Assembly: GCA_963422375.2 (NCBI GenBank)
Contig: OY729428.2
Span: 3,456,001-3,520,000 of the forward strand
DNA from: Bryobacterales bacterium
GTDB lineage: Bacteria; Acidobacteriota; Terriglobia; Bryobacterales; UBA6623
DNA length: 64,000 nucleotides
Direction: 5' to 3'
The position numbers were made by a program, and so were the translations under genes. A model generated the notes under the pieces. That model saw nothing but the letters and a program-made list of their open reading frames with translations. It had not been told where the DNA came from and did no database searches. Of the stretch, positions 61,225-64,000 are shown one piece after another. Each line of letters begins with the position of its first letter. Position 1 is the stretch's first letter.

Positions 61225-62979
61225 CTACTCGAGGTCCCCGAGCGAACTGTCGGGACAGCCACCCGGCTGCGAGGGATCCGCCATGGCGATGTACGCGCCG
61301 ACCTCCTCCGCAAGCATGTCGAGGGGCAAGGGACCGTGTCGCAGCACGGCCTCGTGGAAATCCCGGACGTCGAACGCGGCCCCGTACGCCTCGCACGCGG
61401 CGGACCTGAGCTCGAGGATCTTGAGCTGGCCCATCTTGTACGCGAGAGCCTGTCCGGGCCACGCGATGTAACGGTCCACCTCGCTTTCGTCGCCGAGGTA
61501 GTCAATCGCCTGCTGCCGCGTCCAGCCCTTGGCGTGGAGCCCGGTGTCCACGACCAGCCTGCGCGCCCGGAAGCGCTCGCTCTCGAGGGCACCGAAGCGG
61601 CTGGGCGGGTCGTCGTAAATGCCAAGGTCGCCGCCTAGCGTCTCGGCGTAGAGAGCCCAGCCCTCGACATACGACGTGGAATGGTAGATCTTGCGGAATT
61701 CGGGCAGCCCCTCGAGCTCCAGCTGGGACGCAATCTGCAGGTGATGCCCGGGGTTGGTCTCGTGCAGCACCAGGGCCGGCTTGTCGAAGCGCGACTGCCG
61801 CTCGGCCCGGTAGGCCTTCAGATTGAACCAGCCTGGCCGCGAGCCGTCGGCCGCGGGCGCGTTGTAGTTGGACGCCGAAGCCGCCTCTCGGTCAGGCGGG
61901 ATGGCGCGAATCCCGACCGGGTGCCGCGGCAGCTTGCGGAACAGGCGCGGCAGCTCTGGCGCAACCCGCATCGCGAGGTCGCGATGATAGGCCAGCATCT
62001 GCTGCTTGCTCTCGAACAGATACCGGGGATCGGTCATCAGGTGGCGTTCGTACTCCCGCGAGGTGCCGTCGAAGCCGGCGTCGCGCGCGATCTTCCCCAT
62101 TGCCCGGTCGATCCGCTCGACCTCGCGCAGGCCGATCTCGTGGATCTCGTCCGGGGTCAGGTCGAGCGAGGTGTGATGCCGGACGAAGAACCGGTAGATC
62201 TCCCGGCCGTCCGGCAGGCCCGTCACCGCGACCATCGGGCGAGCCGCCGGCGCGTACTCGTGCGCGAGGAAGTCGCGCAGCCTTTTCCAAGCGGGCTGAA
62301 ACGCCTCGCGATAGGCGTGCTCCGCCTGGCTGGCCAGCTCCCGGCGGCGGGCTTCCGGAATCTCGGGCGGAAGTCGGCGGAACGGCTCTATCAGCGGAGC
62401 CTGCTCCGGGCCGGGCCGGGCCTGCGCCTCGAGCTGTTGCACCACGATGTCCGTGACGAGCCTCGGCTGGACAACTCCGCTGGCGATCGCATCCCTCAGC
62501 GTGCCGATGCTCCGGTCAATGTAGGCCGGGACGGCGCGCAGGCGGGCGAGCATGTTCTCGTAATCCGCCTCGGTCCGAGCGGGCATCTCGCGCATCGTGA
62601 GGAGCACGTTAGTGTGAAGGCCGAATAGCTGGTTGAGTCGGACCAGGCGCGCTTCGTAGACGAGGCCTTCCCGTTCCGCTTCGAGCTGGCGCCGCAGGAG
62701 CTTCAGACCTATGCGGTCGTCAGCGCCCAAGTCCGCGGACTCGAATGCGGACAATTCGGCGAGATAGCCCTCGACCCTCCCGCTCCATGCCTCCAGCGCC
62801 GGGCGCGACCAGTCGCGCCAGCGCGTGTCGTGGTCGGTGCGCCCCAGCGAGGTCGCGACTTCCGGGTTTTCCCGAAGGTAGTCTTCGAAGTACCGGTGGA
62901 AGAGATTGGACAGCCCGGCGTCGGGCTGTTGGCAGCCGACGGCCATGCACAGCAGGGCTAGAGCGAGGCTGACGCGCAT
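61225..62979 (-). CDS. DUF885 family lipoprotein (putative metallopeptidase)
   Basis: AVGC lipobox, HETNPGHHLQ, EGWALYAE, RLVVDTGLH and RYIAWPGQALAYK. Confidence 0.92.
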   Translation of the reverse strand: MRVSLALALLCMAVGCQQPDAGLSNLFHRYFEDYLRENPEVATSLGRTDHDTRWRDWSRPALEAWSGRVEGYLAELSAFESADLGADDRIGLKLLRRQLEAEREGLVYEARLVRLNQLFGLHTNVLLTMREMPARTEADYENMLARLRAVPAYIDRSIGTLRDAIASGVVQPRLVTDIVVQQLEAQARPGPEQAPLIEPFRRLPPEIPEARRRELASQAEHAYREAFQPAWKRLRDFLAHEYAPAARPMVAVTGLPDGREIYRFFVRHHTSLDLTPDEIHEIGLREVERIDRAMGKIARDAGFDGTSREYERHLMTDPRYLFESKQQMLAYHRDLAMRVAPELPRLFRKLPRHPVGIRAIPPDREAASASNYNAPAADGSRPGWFNLKAYRAERQSRFDKPALVLHETNPGHHLQIASQLELEGLPEFRKIYHSTSYVEGWALYAETLGGDLGIYDDPPSRFGALESERFRARRLVVDTGLHAKGWTRQQAIDYLGDESEVDRYIAWPGQALAYKMGQLKILELRSAACEAYGAAFDVRDFHEAVLRHGPLPLDMLAEEVGAYIAMADPSQPGGCPDSSLGDLE

Positions 62980-63601
62980 ACGTTCCTATCTTGCGTTATC
63001 GCCCGGTCATCGACGAATGCAGTGCAAGCGCCAAGGAGGTTGAAAACTGTCGGATCATGTCCGAAGGCCGGCCCGGGCCAGCCCGTGTCCGATCTTCGCA
63101 CCGAGCCCCCGTGCGGAAGGACCGGTCCGCGATCGACGACCTCGCCGTCTGGTGCCCCGAGGAGGTGCAGCCCCCGCTGCATGCATTCCGTCGACTTGCC
63201 GGCTTCTGCCCGCGATGCCAGCGGAGGCAGCGCAGGTCCGACTCCGCCGAGGACGGCGCGAGGCACTCGCCTTCCGTGCATCCGCGGCGGGCCCTGGCCG
63301 GGAGGCCCGCCCCTAATGGCTGCCTCCGGGTGCCGCGTCCGCTCGGTGTGGTCGCGCGTCCGGCATCGCGGGCCTGCGTCGCGGCAGTGCCTAGGCGAGA
63401 GATCATCCGGAACGCTCCGTTCCCGTGGTTCGCACACTCCTCGGCCGGGAGCTCTTGTCATAGGTCCCGCCGGGACGGGGCGGAATACCGACTTGCAGCA
63501 GGCAGCGCGCTCGCACCACGCGCCAGCATCTACGGAACCCGGCGGAGTCTTCGGTACACTCGGGGATTCGGCCGTCTGGAGCGGACGGACCGAGCGAGAC
63601 C

Positions 63602-64000
63602 ATGGCGGCTAGGCTGGACGGCAGGGTCGCTATCGTCACAGGCGGGGCGAAGGGGCTTGGCGCTGCCTACGCGAAGGCACTGGCGGCGCAAGGCGCGACA
63701 TGCGTAATCGCCGACATCGCGGACGGAGCCGGGGTGGTCGACGCGATCCGGAATGCAGGCGGGAACGCCTGCGCGATCCCGACGGACGTGACCGACGAGG
63801 CCGCTGTACAGCGGCTGGTCTCGGAAGTGCTGGGCCGTTTCGGGCGGATCGACGTGCTCATCAACAACGCCGCAGTCTACGCGTCCCTCGCTCCCGTCGC
63901 ATTCCAGGAGATCGAAGCCGACCTTTGGGACCGCGTCATGGCTGTCAATGTCAGGGGCAGCTTCTTGATGGCCAAGCACGTCGCCCCTGCAATGATCGGG
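63602..64000 (+). CDS. Short-chain dehydrogenase/reductase (partial, runs off the window)
   Basis: MAARLDGRVAIVTGGAKGLG, TDVTD and DVLINNAA. Confidence 0.92.
   Translation, partial: MAARLDGRVAIVTGGAKGLGAAYAKALAAQGATCVIADIADGAGVVDAIRNAGGNACAIPTDVTDEAAVQRLVSEVLGRFGRIDVLINNAAVYASLAPVAFQEIEADLWDRVMAVNVRGSFLMAKHVAPAMIG

Noticed and set aside
62980..63601. 238 aa Cys-containing ORF at 62991-63707
   Set aside because: No family motif, low-complexity composition, and it overlaps the SDR start.
1..64000. CRISPR arrays, tRNA/rRNA genes, riboswitches, retron/DGR reverse transcriptases
   Set aside because: No regularly spaced repeats, recognisable RNA genes or RT motifs were seen by eye; a covariance-model scan would be needed to exclude small RNAs.

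Overview
GC-rich bacterial window. Gene content (PQQ-like beta-propellers, kinase plus TolB-like propeller, fused LptC/LptA, DUF885, DUF3604, sulfatase) suggests Acidobacteriota, probably Bryobacterales. CCDC90/DUF1640-like genes, dense decayed IS elements and many pseudogenes suggest a host-associated lineage such as a sponge symbiont (inference). Housekeeping and catabolic genes (murA, nfo, lptB, PQQ sugar dehydrogenase, IlvD/Edd dehydratase, amidase, SanA, M19 dipeptidase) alternate with eroded accessory DNA: an oxyR::catalase deletion scar, decayed higBA, frameshifted M48 and DUF1801 genes, an ISNCY-like element, an IS30 and a nested IS1595 stack. The best candidate for an undescribed system is 45634-53942. 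It is an operon of a TM/coiled-coil vWA protein, a PP2C phosphatase carrying an extracytoplasmic M4-propeptide-like (FTP/PepSY) domain, and a thermolysin-like M4 protease tethered by a TM helix to a cytoplasmic FHA domain, facing a divergent Ser/Thr kinase with a TM helix and two TonB C-terminal domains. All family calls come from motifs read by eye; no database searches were run.
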